Below are positions 10,586 to 19,679 of a DNA stretch of 64,000 bases, piece after piece. The stretch's first letter is position 1, and each line of letters starts with the position of its first letter. The translations under genes and the position numbers were made by a program. This DNA comes from an uncultured archaeon. Its GTDB lineage: Archaea; Asgardarchaeota; Thorarchaeia; Thorarchaeales; Thorarchaeaceae. The stretch lies in NCBI GenBank assembly GCA_964473825.1, contig CAYYQL010000003.1, positions 89,640 to 153,639 on the forward strand. The letters are read 5' to 3'. The notes below the pieces were generated by a model. That model ran no database searches, had not been told where the DNA came from, and saw only the letters and a program-made list of their open reading frames with translations.

Positions 10586-10813
10586 TCAAGGGCCCCAACG
10601 GAGTCGTTCAGCCTTGGTATCTTGCTTGTAAGTCTTCTTCACAGTCTTCCAGTGATCTCTGCAGAGGTAGGTTTTCCGTTCACGCGGATCTTTGACTTTC
10701 AGACCCGCACCGTTTACACTCTTGCCGATTCGTGATGCTGAAAACGAGCGTTTGGCCGGCTTGTCACAACCTGCTATACTACAGACTTTCTTTGATCTGG
10801 CCAACTTGGTCAC
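10586..10813 (-). CDS. Small basic Zn-binding hypothetical protein
   Basis: CSIAGC...LCRDH motif, Lys/Arg rich. Confidence 0.75.
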   Translation of the reverse strand: MTKLARSKKVCSIAGCDKPAKRSFSASRIGKSVNGAGLKVKDPRERKTYLCRDHWKTVKKTYKQDTKAERLRWGP

Positions 10814-10855
10814 TTCACCATCAAGCCGAGGATGTACATTATAACTATGACGGCG

Positions 10856-11848
10856 TTAGACTTGGTTCCCTTTAGGTGTCAAAAGGGACCCTTTGGAGAA
10901 ATCAAACAGGACTTCCGTTTCAGAATCCAGTTTGAGCCGGACCAACTGGGTATCTTCAACATCACCTATGATCACTGCATCCATTTCGTGTTTCGCGACG
11001 ATATCTCTCAGGGCTTTCGTGTTCTCAGGTGTGACTGCAACGAGAAATCCCAATGAAATATACATTCTCAGCCAATCTTCTAAGGCGATTGCTGGGGGAC
11101 ACGATACCTCTATTGCATCCAAGTCAATCAGAGCCCCGACGCCAGAGTACTCCACCATCATGCCTGCAGTTCCTATGATCCCTGCGGTCGATATGTCCTT
11201 TGAGGCCGTAACGAGCTGCTTGGCCGCAATGCTTGTCATGACCGCCAGTCGCTTTACGGTTTCATCAGAATCACGTTCAGTGACACTATCCCATCCAAGC
11301 CTGTAGTGTTCTCCTCTCTTGCCCTGTCTATCGTAGATCAAGACCAGTGTATCCCCTGGAGTCGCACCTCCTGCTGTCAAGAGGTTTGTCTTCGAAACAG
11401 TTCCTGTTGCTGATCCAACCACATATGTTGAGCTTGATGCAGGGTTAGTGTGTCCTCTCACAATTGGAACCTTGAATCTATGAGAGCCTTCAATGAGCCC
11501 CTCCAGCAATCTCTCTCCTATCTTCTTGTTGGAGTAGGAGAGCGCGACCGCAAATGATGTGGGGACTCCTCCTGCTGCATAGATATCCATCACACTTGCA
11601 AGAACAGCATTGAACCCGGCTGCCTTGGGATGGTTGAGGCAGAGATCTTCCACTATGGCATCGGTGGTCAGAAGAACAAAGTCGTCGCATGCAGTGCAAA
11701 TGGCGGCTGAGTCTTCTCCCAGCGAATGAGGATACTCACCATCATATGACTCAGTTCGTAGTCGATGGATGATTCCTGGGAGTACATATTTGCGAGATAT
11801 ACCTTCAAACCCCTTCAGGAGTTTGACTATCTCATGTAGCCGACTCAA
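10856..11848 (-). CDS. AIR synthase/PurM-superfamily protein (methanogenesis marker 2-like)
   Basis: GEDSAAI, TTDAI, DIYAAGG, GHTNP, SKDISTAG. Confidence 0.85.
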   Translation of the reverse strand: MSRLHEIVKLLKGFEGISRKYVLPGIIHRLRTESYDGEYPHSLGEDSAAICTACDDFVLLTTDAIVEDLCLNHPKAAGFNAVLASVMDIYAAGGVPTSFAVALSYSNKKIGERLLEGLIEGSHRFKVPIVRGHTNPASSSTYVVGSATGTVSKTNLLTAGGATPGDTLVLIYDRQGKRGEHYRLGWDSVTERDSDETVKRLAVMTSIAAKQLVTASKDISTAGIIGTAGMMVEYSGVGALIDLDAIEVSCPPAIALEDWLRMYISLGFLVAVTPENTKALRDIVAKHEMDAVIIGDVEDTQLVRLKLDSETEVLFDFSKGSLLTPKGNQV

Positions 11849-11875
11849 CCGAGATCACTCATTTCAGCGTATTCA

Positions 11876-11998
11876 CTACGGACTGAGAAACTCAATGGCA
11901 AAAGATGCTTGGTTCAGGAGAATCCCGATTCCAAGAAGCGACATACCAATCATGAAAAAGATGAGCGCTCTAATCTCTGGACGGACCTCTTCGAACAC
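11876..11998 (-). CDS. 40-aa single-TM microprotein (not in ORF track)
   Basis: GTG start after GGTGA SD; MFEEVRPEIRALIFFMIGMSLLGIGILLNQASFAIEFLSP; fills a gap in a minus-strand gene run. Confidence 0.6.
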   Translation of the reverse strand: MFEEVRPEIRALIFFMIGMSLLGIGILLNQASFAIEFLSP

Positions 11999-12067
11999 AA
12001 TGAATCACCGTACGAGTCGCTCAGCCACCGCTGCTGCTTATAGGCATTACGGGATGACGACGCTATG

Positions 12068-12364
12068 CTAAAGTTTCTTTCGTATCTTCTTTACGTACTC
12101 CTTTGGAATCTCAGACGGATCCTGCCAGTCATCATCTTCATCAAGAAGAACTGGTTTCTCTGCCCTTCTGCACTTGCCTGTGTCAGTCATTTTGCGTTCT
12201 TTACACAGGCTGTACTGGCACCAGGGCCCGTCGCATTCATCATCAACCCATGTGCACCAATAGACCTTCTTTCCATGACGCTTAATCGTCTTCAATGCAC
12301 TTGGTTTTCTCTCACACCGGAATCTCTCGCAGGCCGGTGTACAATCGGGAAGGTTCTCACTCAT
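12068..12364 (-). CDS. Cys-rich Zn-binding hypothetical protein
   Basis: CTPACERFRC, CTWVDDECDGPWCQYSLC. Confidence 0.8.
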   Translation of the reverse strand: MSENLPDCTPACERFRCERKPSALKTIKRHGKKVYWCTWVDDECDGPWCQYSLCKERKMTDTGKCRRAEKPVLLDEDDDWQDPSEIPKEYVKKIRKKL

Positions 12365-12396
12365 GCTGACAGTCTCCTCAGACTTGAGTCTTCTAG

Positions 12397-13182
12397 TTAC
12401 GCTTCTTTAGCGGCCTCTATGATTTCTTCCAGACCTACTAATGCTCCATCAATGATACTTATTGTTCTTTCCAGTTCATACTTGGCTGAAGTGTATTCAG
12501 TATCCGATATATCCCCTATCTTGAATTTGGCATCAAGACGACTCACGTTTCGTTGGATCTCTTTCCGACGGGACGACATCTCCTTGACCCACCCCTTCGA
12601 CTCGTTAAGCTGCGACTTCAGCAGAGTCTTGAGTTGTTTTACTTCATCCACAAGTTCACGGCGCTGTTCTTCGTATACCACTGAGTCTAGTGTGTCCACA
12701 ATCTCATCAAGCTTTGTGAGCTTTCCTTCGAAGAGTCTGAGATCTTGAGTGGTCTTCTCCAGAGGAACCATCCCCTTGACTTCAAGAAGGGCTCTTCTTC
12801 GTTCCTTCATCATCTCAAGAGACTTCCGGAGCTTCTCGGCTCTGGCCGTAAGAAGAGCTCGGTCGGCATGCTCCAGAGAGAGAGCTTGGCGTGTTGCCCT
12901 TGTCTGCTGGATAAGCCTGTCAAGCTCGCGATTGATGACGGCCAACTCCGCGTGGGCAAGCAATATGGCCAGTGTCTTCTTTTCGACGCCTTGAATGTTG
13001 AAGTTGAACTCAGGTAGTGAATCTGTAAAGGAGGTATCAGAAGACATATCCTCCGCATCTTCAAACTTCCTGGGAAGATGTATTTCGGTTTCTGAGGGCA
13101 AAATCTCTCCGCAGAACTTGCAGTACACCCCGGGTGGCACATCCAAGCCGCATGCTGGGCACACAACAGATTTCTTAGGCAT
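12397..13182 (-). CDS. Zinc-ribbon plus coiled-coil protein (C-terminus resembles CdvA-like coiled coil)
   Basis: CPACG...YCKFCG; heptad-rich helices; LDAKFKIGDISDTEY. Confidence 0.75.
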   Translation of the reverse strand: MPKKSVVCPACGLDVPPGVYCKFCGEILPSETEIHLPRKFEDAEDMSSDTSFTDSLPEFNFNIQGVEKKTLAILLAHAELAVINRELDRLIQQTRATRQALSLEHADRALLTARAEKLRKSLEMMKERRRALLEVKGMVPLEKTTQDLRLFEGKLTKLDEIVDTLDSVVYEEQRRELVDEVKQLKTLLKSQLNESKGWVKEMSSRRKEIQRNVSRLDAKFKIGDISDTEYTSAKYELERTISIIDGALVGLEEIIEAAKEA

Positions 13183-13252
13183 AGGGACTCTCCGCCAATT
13201 TTATGAATATGCCAGGCTTAGGATGCCTGCTGCTGTTCGAACCTGGGCATTC

Positions 13253-13570
13253 TCACACTAGAGTCGCCAACTTGGCTGCAATCTGATCCAACTTGGCTTT
13301 GGAGTTGACGATTGTTTCTGCACCATAGGTTGGCAGTACCTTGAGTTCTTCAATTAAGAGCGCAATTGCAACATTCGGTTCTATTTCCTTCTTATCAAAC
13401 GAACCATCTGGGAATGTGATTGACGCTTCAATCCATTTCGTCTTCGTTTCATCGGCAGGAAACAGGCAATATGCATAGTCGTCGTTGCTGCAGATGAAAG
13501 ATGGTCTTTTTTCCCATGCTTCTGCTAATAGTGCGCCAAACTTCTTCGCGTTTTCTGCCTTGTTTGCCAT
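13253..13570 (-). CDS. Hypothetical protein
   Basis: ATG with GGTGA SD, typical codon use. Confidence 0.75.
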   Translation of the reverse strand: MANKAENAKKFGALLAEAWEKRPSFICSNDDYAYCLFPADETKTKWIEASITFPDGSFDKKEIEPNVAIALLIEELKVLPTYGAETIVNSKAKLDQIAAKLATLV

Positions 13571-13653
13571 TAAGGTTCACCATTGTAGTCTGGATGCAAT
13601 CTAGCTGACCTCACAGCGACGCCTTATTTGTTTTGCTGGTTGTGCGAGTCCAG

Positions 13654-14220
13654 CTATGGTCTGTGCCAGACAAACGAATAATAGGCGATGTCGCCAGATT
13701 CCTTGACTGTTGCGATGATGAACTTCTTCCGGACACTGGTCGCCAGTCTTCCTGCTCTGACAATATCGAGAGGAGCAACACCCCTCTTCTGTGGAATCAC
13801 ATGGACCAGAAATGGTGCATGGTCGATTCCGGGTCCCTTCTCATAAACTGCGAAGTCAGTTCCGAACTTCAGCCCGGGACGTATGATGTAGCCCTTTTCT
13901 CTGAGCTGAGAGTATACAAGTAGTCTGTCTTTAAATTCGCCATCTTGGTCAAAACCAATCCGAACTAGGTCATTTTCCGACAAGAGCCGATCCTGAATTG
14001 GGTCATGCACACAGATACGGGCCTTTGCGACCAGAAAGGCACATTCAAGCAATGATAGCTCGAGTGGCTTATCGAATTCAGGTGATTTTGGCTTTCTAAT
14101 TCCCACTGGCTGTCCGAAGTATCCCTCTGCATAGAGCGCTGAACCATGTTCTGGATTCCAGACTATTGCTCGATCCACCGTAAACTCGGCCGTGACTTCA
14201 CTCTTGCACTCAGGTACCAA
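13654..14220 (-). CDS. endA: tRNA-intron endonuclease
   Basis: LELSLLE, VYSQLREKGY, GLKFGTDFAVY, HAPFLV, GRLATSVRKK. Confidence 0.95.
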   Translation of the reverse strand: MVPECKSEVTAEFTVDRAIVWNPEHGSALYAEGYFGQPVGIRKPKSPEFDKPLELSLLECAFLVAKARICVHDPIQDRLLSENDLVRIGFDQDGEFKDRLLVYSQLREKGYIIRPGLKFGTDFAVYEKGPGIDHAPFLVHVIPQKRGVAPLDIVRAGRLATSVRKKFIIATVKESGDIAYYSFVWHRP

Positions 14221-14238
14221 ATATGTTCACGCATCCGC

Positions 14239-14922
14239 CTATGTATTCAGGGTTAGTGAGAGAGCACGGATAGTATTAGCGGCATCCTCACTCAGATTAG
14301 CCATCTCTTCTATTGTGTTGATGAAGTCACGCGTCCTCAGAATCGTAGCAATTGGGATATCACTTGGATAGAGCTTGCTGACAACGTCTCTTACAAGAAC
14401 GTCAATCTTTTTCTCTATCTTGCAGATATCGTCTGTCTTTGCAATGCTGTTCTCAATGTTCATAGACAGAAATCTTACGGCCTCTCTCTGGTTTGCAACA
14501 ATGTCGTCAATCAGTTGAGCGAGCTGTTCAATACAGACCTTTAGTTTGCCACTTGGTGTCCATTCCGAGGCGACAGCTGCGAGATGATAGCAGGCTATCT
14601 CAGCCCCGTCAATAAGCTTGTCATTGTAGTATACGAGGCGAAGCAAGTCCTCTCTCTGCATGAGCGAGTTGGCTGCTGCCAGTTGGTTCAGAATGGACCG
14701 CTTCAACTCATCACCCTTCTCTTCGTAACTGGTGATCTTCTGCAAGTCTTCTTTCTTTGCTGGTTCGCTCTTATCAAGCCATGTAGATATCACACTTGAA
14801 AGTACCTTGTGTGCGGATAAGGCAACTCGAAAGTGCTCGTCCAGCATCTGAGTTACATTTGCGAGTTCTCCACTCATATAACGACCATTATCCAACACCA
14901 TCTTCGTGACGTCCCTGTACAA
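14239..14922 (-). CDS. DUF47/PhoU-like phosphate transport regulator
   Basis: EEKGDELKR, REDLLRL, IEKKID, EDAAN helical repeats. Confidence 0.85.
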   Translation of the reverse strand: MYRDVTKMVLDNGRYMSGELANVTQMLDEHFRVALSAHKVLSSVISTWLDKSEPAKKEDLQKITSYEEKGDELKRSILNQLAAANSLMQREDLLRLVYYNDKLIDGAEIACYHLAAVASEWTPSGKLKVCIEQLAQLIDDIVANQREAVRFLSMNIENSIAKTDDICKIEKKIDVLVRDVVSKLYPSDIPIATILRTRDFINTIEEMANLSEDAANTIRALSLTLNT

Positions 14923-14988
14923 GTTGCTGTCGGTTTAGGACCAGTTTTAAATCTTCTTGACCCCCTCTAACGTCGGGAAATGGTGTAG

Positions 14989-15783
14989 ATGGAACCTTGG
15001 CAGATAGTATTGGCGCTGATTCAGGGTCTTGTTGAATGGCTGCCTATTAGCAGCGAGGGGCAAGTAGTTCTGTTTGCCTACAACTTCGGCAATGTGCCTC
15101 AGGAATCCCTGATATCCCTTGCAGTATGGCTTCATCTTGGTACCGCTCTTGCTGTGGTGGCCCGTTATCCTCGAGATATTCTGCACATACTCCTGTTACG
15201 AGACCGCAGTCTATTCAGACTGCTGCTCATTGCCACAGTTGGCACAGCCATGACTGCAATCCCCCTTTACTTCGCCTTTAAAGCTGCAATGACTACATTC
15301 CAAGGAGAAGTACTCAACGTCGCAGTTGGAATCTTACTACTGGTGACGGCCTTGGTGCTGTATTTGCCCTCTCGCAGCAGCAATATTACATTAGATGAGA
15401 GCCATCGCGAACCAACCTCTCGTGAAGCACTGACAACTGGCCTCGTTCAAGGGTTCTCGGTCTTGCCTGGCCTGAGCCGATCAGGGCTCACAATCTCCGC
15501 CCTTCTCCTACAAAAGGTGGACAAGGAAAAGGCTCTTCGCTTCAGCTTTCTGATAAGTGTGCCAGCTGTGCTCGGAATTCTCGGCGTTGAACTCCTCACA
15601 GGAGTGTGGCCACTTGCAGTAGTATCGGCCATCGACCTGTTCCTGATGGAGATTATCGTTTTCGCGGCCGGTCTGTTATCGATGGAGGTATTGCTGAGAG
15701 TGGCCAAATCAATTAGCTTCTGGAAACTGTGCCTGGTCATCGGCACCATTGCAATCGTCTTTGGGCTCCCTGCGTTTTTCTAA
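14989..15783 (+). CDS. uppP: Polyprenyl (undecaprenyl)-diphosphate phosphatase, BacA/UppP family
   Basis: QGLVEWLPISSEG, LHLGT, QG..VLPGLSRSG.TI, FSFLISVP. Confidence 0.92.
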   Translation: MEPWQIVLALIQGLVEWLPISSEGQVVLFAYNFGNVPQESLISLAVWLHLGTALAVVARYPRDILHILLLRDRSLFRLLLIATVGTAMTAIPLYFAFKAAMTTFQGEVLNVAVGILLLVTALVLYLPSRSSNITLDESHREPTSREALTTGLVQGFSVLPGLSRSGLTISALLLQKVDKEKALRFSFLISVPAVLGILGVELLTGVWPLAVVSAIDLFLMEIIVFAAGLLSMEVLLRVAKSISFWKLCLVIGTIAIVFGLPAFF

Positions 15784-15787
15784 GTGT

Positions 15788-16504
15788 TCATGTTGAGCGT
15801 TTCTGAAACATGATGGCAATTGGAGAATTGGCCTTTCTCCATTCTGCCAGTTTTCCCTCATAGTCCAAGGGAATGGGGTGCCGTCCGTGATTTCCGATGA
15901 TTACGAATAGGGTGTCCTTCCTGGCCTGTCGAAGAAGCACCTTGATCCAGTTATCGGTTCTTCTCACAATCTTCTCCAGCAATGTCTTGGGTGGTGTTCG
16001 ATGACCGTACTGGGCGTAGAGGCTCTCAAAATCAAGAAAGTGCATGAGCAAAAGCTCACTCTTGTAGATGTGTTTCGTGGCTTCGACATAGGTGGACATA
16101 TCGTCTCTAGTATTGACAGTATAGACTGGGTCGAACTGGAAAACTTTCATGTCTTCTTCTCGGCATATCACGCGAGTAAACTTTCCGTAGTCTTTCACAT
16201 AATCGATGAGGTGAAACCCCTGACTGCTATGAAGTAAGTGGTTCATTAGCGGCACTGCATACGGATCATCGGTCTCGATAAGCGCCAGAGCCTCAAGTTC
16301 TCTGATCATTGCCTCAGGCTTGTACACTACTGCTTCGAAAAGGCCGAAGTTATCTATCACCACAACTACCATGGAAATCGGACTGAATCTTCTTGTTAGA
16401 TTTTCATTAGGCTGGGGAAGCTCATCTGGAATCTCAATACCCATAAGCCTGAGTATAGTCGAGGTAAACTCCTCTGCATAGGATCTGACTTGGGGAAATG
16501 ACAT
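15788..16504 (-). CDS. Alkaline-phosphatase-superfamily-like protein
   Basis: VVVVIDNFG, D..LYAQYGH, FVIIGNHG; degenerate metal ligands. Confidence 0.65.
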   Translation of the reverse strand: MSFPQVRSYAEEFTSTILRLMGIEIPDELPQPNENLTRRFSPISMVVVVIDNFGLFEAVVYKPEAMIRELEALALIETDDPYAVPLMNHLLHSSQGFHLIDYVKDYGKFTRVICREEDMKVFQFDPVYTVNTRDDMSTYVEATKHIYKSELLLMHFLDFESLYAQYGHRTPPKTLLEKIVRRTDNWIKVLLRQARKDTLFVIIGNHGRHPIPLDYEGKLAEWRKANSPIAIMFQKRST

Positions 16505-16662
16505 TGATTCGATGACACCACACGACGGATCATATCTCTCTTGAGTATTATCCGGCAGTATGCTGTAACACCTGTATCTACTAAAAGACCTTTCTCGGCT
16601 CATCTGTACTGTTGCAGAAGGATTATTACACCACTGGATAGACTTCCTTTGAAGGCAGTGAA

Positions 16663-17625
16663 ATGACTCTCGAGAATATACTCTACAATGACCACATCAA
16701 GTTTGTCCTTTCGGGAGGAAAGGGAGGCGTCGGAAAGACCAGCTGCGCCGGCGCAATGGCGCTCATATCTGCAAATCGGGGCTTGCGAACTCTGGTACTA
16801 TCAACGGATCCTGCTCATAGTCTCAGCGACAGCTTCAATCAAGACCTTACTGGTGGCGAGATGATTCCTATCAAGGGAGTCGATAACTTGTGGGGGATGG
16901 AACTAGACACTGAGAAGGGCATGAAGGAATTCCAAGAGAACCTCGGCTCATATGGTGCAGGCCCTGAAGTGGAGATGGCAACTCAATTCATGGGTGGGAT
17001 GGAGAGTATGGCCCCCCCTGGATCTGATGAGGCCATGGCATTCGGGAAGATACTCGAGTTCATGGGTGATACGAGCTTCGATCGAGTGATATTTGACACG
17101 GCTCCTACAGGACATACGCTGAAGCTGCTTGAGCTTCCTGAGGTATTAGACAGTTGGTTGGGTAAGATTCTGACCTTACGACAAAGACTCAGCTCGATGG
17201 TCGCAGGCCTCAGAGGCATGTTCGGTGGTGGAGAGGAGGAGGATACCTCTTGGGAGATGTTGAAGCAGACGAAAGAGAAAATACGTCTTGCCAGGGTTGA
17301 GCTTGCAAATCCTGAGATGACTCAATTCGTAGTAGTCATGATTCCTGAGGCAATGGCCGTCTTTGAGACCCAACGTCTCCTGGCAAGTCTTCATACTTGG
17401 GACATCCCTGCAAACAACATGATAGTGAATCAACTGATCCCTCCAAATCCGGATTGTCCGTTCTGCTCTTCTAGGAGAGAGATGCAACAAGAGAATCTCA
17501 AGGACATTCGCGACATCTATGCCGATTTGGACATCACAGAGGTCCCCCTCTTTGCGGGTGAAATCCGGGGAATCGATGGCCTTAGAAGTCTCGGAAAGAT
17601 ATTGATTAACGATTTGGAGGAATAA
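16663..17625 (+). CDS. get3: ArsA/Get3(TRC40) ATPase
   Basis: GGKGGVGKTS, STDPAHSLSD, FDTAPTGHT, C-terminal CPFC. Confidence 0.92.
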   Translation: MTLENILYNDHIKFVLSGGKGGVGKTSCAGAMALISANRGLRTLVLSTDPAHSLSDSFNQDLTGGEMIPIKGVDNLWGMELDTEKGMKEFQENLGSYGAGPEVEMATQFMGGMESMAPPGSDEAMAFGKILEFMGDTSFDRVIFDTAPTGHTLKLLELPEVLDSWLGKILTLRQRLSSMVAGLRGMFGGGEEEDTSWEMLKQTKEKIRLARVELANPEMTQFVVVMIPEAMAVFETQRLLASLHTWDIPANNMIVNQLIPPNPDCPFCSSRREMQQENLKDIRDIYADLDITEVPLFAGEIRGIDGLRSLGKILINDLEE

Positions 17626-17628
17626 ACT

Positions 17629-17727
17629 GTGCGAGCCGCAACAAAGCGGAAAATTGCTTCGATTCTGCTTGTAATCCTATTCTTGGTTTCTATCGTAGCC
17701 GCTCTGTATACGATGTACAAGGGTTAG
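17629..17727 (+). CDS. 32-aa single-TM microprotein (not in ORF track)
   Basis: GGAGG SD then GTG 3 nt after the get3 stop; MRAATKRKIASILLVILFLVSIVAALYTMYKG. Confidence 0.65.
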   Translation: MRAATKRKIASILLVILFLVSIVAALYTMYKG

Positions 17728-17738
17728 AAGAGAACTCA

Positions 17739-17882
17739 CTAGTTGCTCTTTACCCGCTTGACTACAGGAGGGCGAACCTTGTAGAGTATTCTTCCTCCGC
17801 AAAACGGGCACTTAACGCCCGGCAGGGTCTTGAGATCTTCTGGAGTAACTTCGTGTTTGCAGTTGTGACATATGTATACCAT
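17739..17882 (-). CDS. rpoP: RNA polymerase subunit P (Rpo12)
   Basis: YICHNC...VKCPFCGGRILYKVRPPVVKRVK. Confidence 0.95.
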   Translation of the reverse strand: MVYICHNCKHEVTPEDLKTLPGVKCPFCGGRILYKVRPPVVKRVKSN

Positions 17883-17954
17883 GATGACCCGCCTCGTCTG
17901 TTCAGATTTTGAGTTGCACATATGAAGCTTTGCTTTGGGCATTGGAGCTCTCCA

Positions 17955-19538
17955 TTAGTCTTGGCTGATAACTACTCCCTTCACTAGGCCCGCGCTTATG
18001 ATCTCTTCAATCTTAACTCGGACTAGAGTCCCGGGTGAGTAGCCCCCGCTGACAGTCATGAGGGGTCCATCTCTCAACGGATAAACCATAGTGTAGCCAT
18101 GGTGGTTGAACGAGGGTTCAGCAGCAATGCCTCTGATAGTTTTGCCTACGTAGTCTTTCTTCTTCTGATAGTTAATCTCCTCTGCAACTCTTCTGAGTCG
18201 TTTTCCTATCGGGTCACTTTCGGATGCACTTGGGAACTCTTCAAAGGCGGAACCCGGCAAGGCCCTGAAGCCGTAGAGAATGATTCTCTCTGCCCCAGCC
18301 TTACTCAATTCCCTCATCATGTGCTCGGAATCTCTCACCGTTTTCTCGTTTTCACCTGGCAATCCATAGATGAAGTAGACGTAGGGATGCATCTTGTATT
18401 TCACAGCTGTTCGGACCGCACCCAGGACATCAGCTGGCTCCCCACATTTTCCAATCTGTTCTGCGTGTTCCGCCGAGCCCGTTTCAATGCCAATATTGGG
18501 GGATATATGCGATAGCACCCCGGATATTCTTCGTGCAACTCGCTCAGAGAAAAGGCAGGCCTTCATGTTCTCAATACTGATGTGACAATCCCCATCCGAA
18601 ACCTCGGGAATCTCTACTAGGGTTTTCAGCAGGTCGCTGATTGCATCGATATTGGCTGGCGGTTCGCACGGATTCGTCACTGGATATAATCCTCGTGAAT
18701 AGTCCAGGAAATCGGGAGATTCCAATACGATTCTGTGCACTCCGAGTTCAACGAGCTCCCTGACCTCCGCCACCACGCTCTCTCTAGGTCTGCTCCGCGG
18801 TGGCCCCCATATATTCGGGACACTGCAGAAGCCGCAACCGGGAGGAATTCCTTCAGGACAGCTTTGCCGAGAGGCACTCTCAGAGAAGTCACAGTTTCCG
18901 CAATGGCTGCATTCTCGCCCATCAGGAAGTGCGATTTTGGTTCTGTTGAAGTTGGAACACCCTCGTACCGTTTCTACGTAGACTCTGCTAGCCTGATAAG
19001 ACTTGTAATCTATGACGCGTAATGTGGAGGGCGGAAACTCCCTCCACAGCACATCTTCGGGTATGTGTATTCTCTCTCCTGTAAATATGGGGTTGTTGCC
19101 TTCGAGGTACGCAACACCTCTGATTTCCGTCAGGTCTATCTCATCATGAAGCATGCCCCTATCCACCAGCTGGGCAAGTGTTTCTTCACCTTCACCAACA
19201 ACCAGCACATCCGGCCTGCACTCTTGAAGTGTGTTCCGCCAATCAGTGGCAATGGGTCCACCGAGTAGTACTTTTCCATTCGGCCTTGCATGTTTCCATA
19301 TCGCAACGAATCTGCTAATGACCGGCAGATCCATGTTCATGCCACTAATCGCACAGTGACTGTATCCTTTCAGAATTCTCTTCGCAGTGAGAATCTCCTC
19401 AATCCTGTGAATCCGACATGATATGTCAGCTCTCTCGAAAACGCCTGCTATGGCACGCGGCCCACAGCCGATGGAATCCCGTGAGCTGCTCCTTGTTCCG
19501 TGGCCAGCACTTAGCGCGTCAACGATGACTACTGACAT
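17955..19538 (-). CDS. Radical SAM protein with B12-binding-like N-domain and TRAM-like C-terminus
   Basis: VVGEGEETL, ETVRGCSN...GCGFCS, IGIETGS, YFIYGLPGE. Confidence 0.88.
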   Translation of the reverse strand: MSVVIVDALSAGHGTRSSSRDSIGCGPRAIAGVFERADISCRIHRIEEILTAKRILKGYSHCAISGMNMDLPVISRFVAIWKHARPNGKVLLGGPIATDWRNTLQECRPDVLVVGEGEETLAQLVDRGMLHDEIDLTEIRGVAYLEGNNPIFTGERIHIPEDVLWREFPPSTLRVIDYKSYQASRVYVETVRGCSNFNRTKIALPDGRECSHCGNCDFSESASRQSCPEGIPPGCGFCSVPNIWGPPRSRPRESVVAEVRELVELGVHRIVLESPDFLDYSRGLYPVTNPCEPPANIDAISDLLKTLVEIPEVSDGDCHISIENMKACLFSERVARRISGVLSHISPNIGIETGSAEHAEQIGKCGEPADVLGAVRTAVKYKMHPYVYFIYGLPGENEKTVRDSEHMMRELSKAGAERIILYGFRALPGSAFEEFPSASESDPIGKRLRRVAEEINYQKKKDYVGKTIRGIAAEPSFNHHGYTMVYPLRDGPLMTVSGGYSPGTLVRVKIEEIISAGLVKGVVISQD

Positions 19539-19679
19539 TCTATTGAAAGAAGCTCAGCTTACTCCTCTTTACTCTTGTCAATGTCCTCTCTCTTCCCCCG
19601 CAGTTGCACTTATATGGCACTCTCACATCTATGGGTCTATCAACTTCAAGAAAAAATACATTTCAGGAGTCAGTAAACT

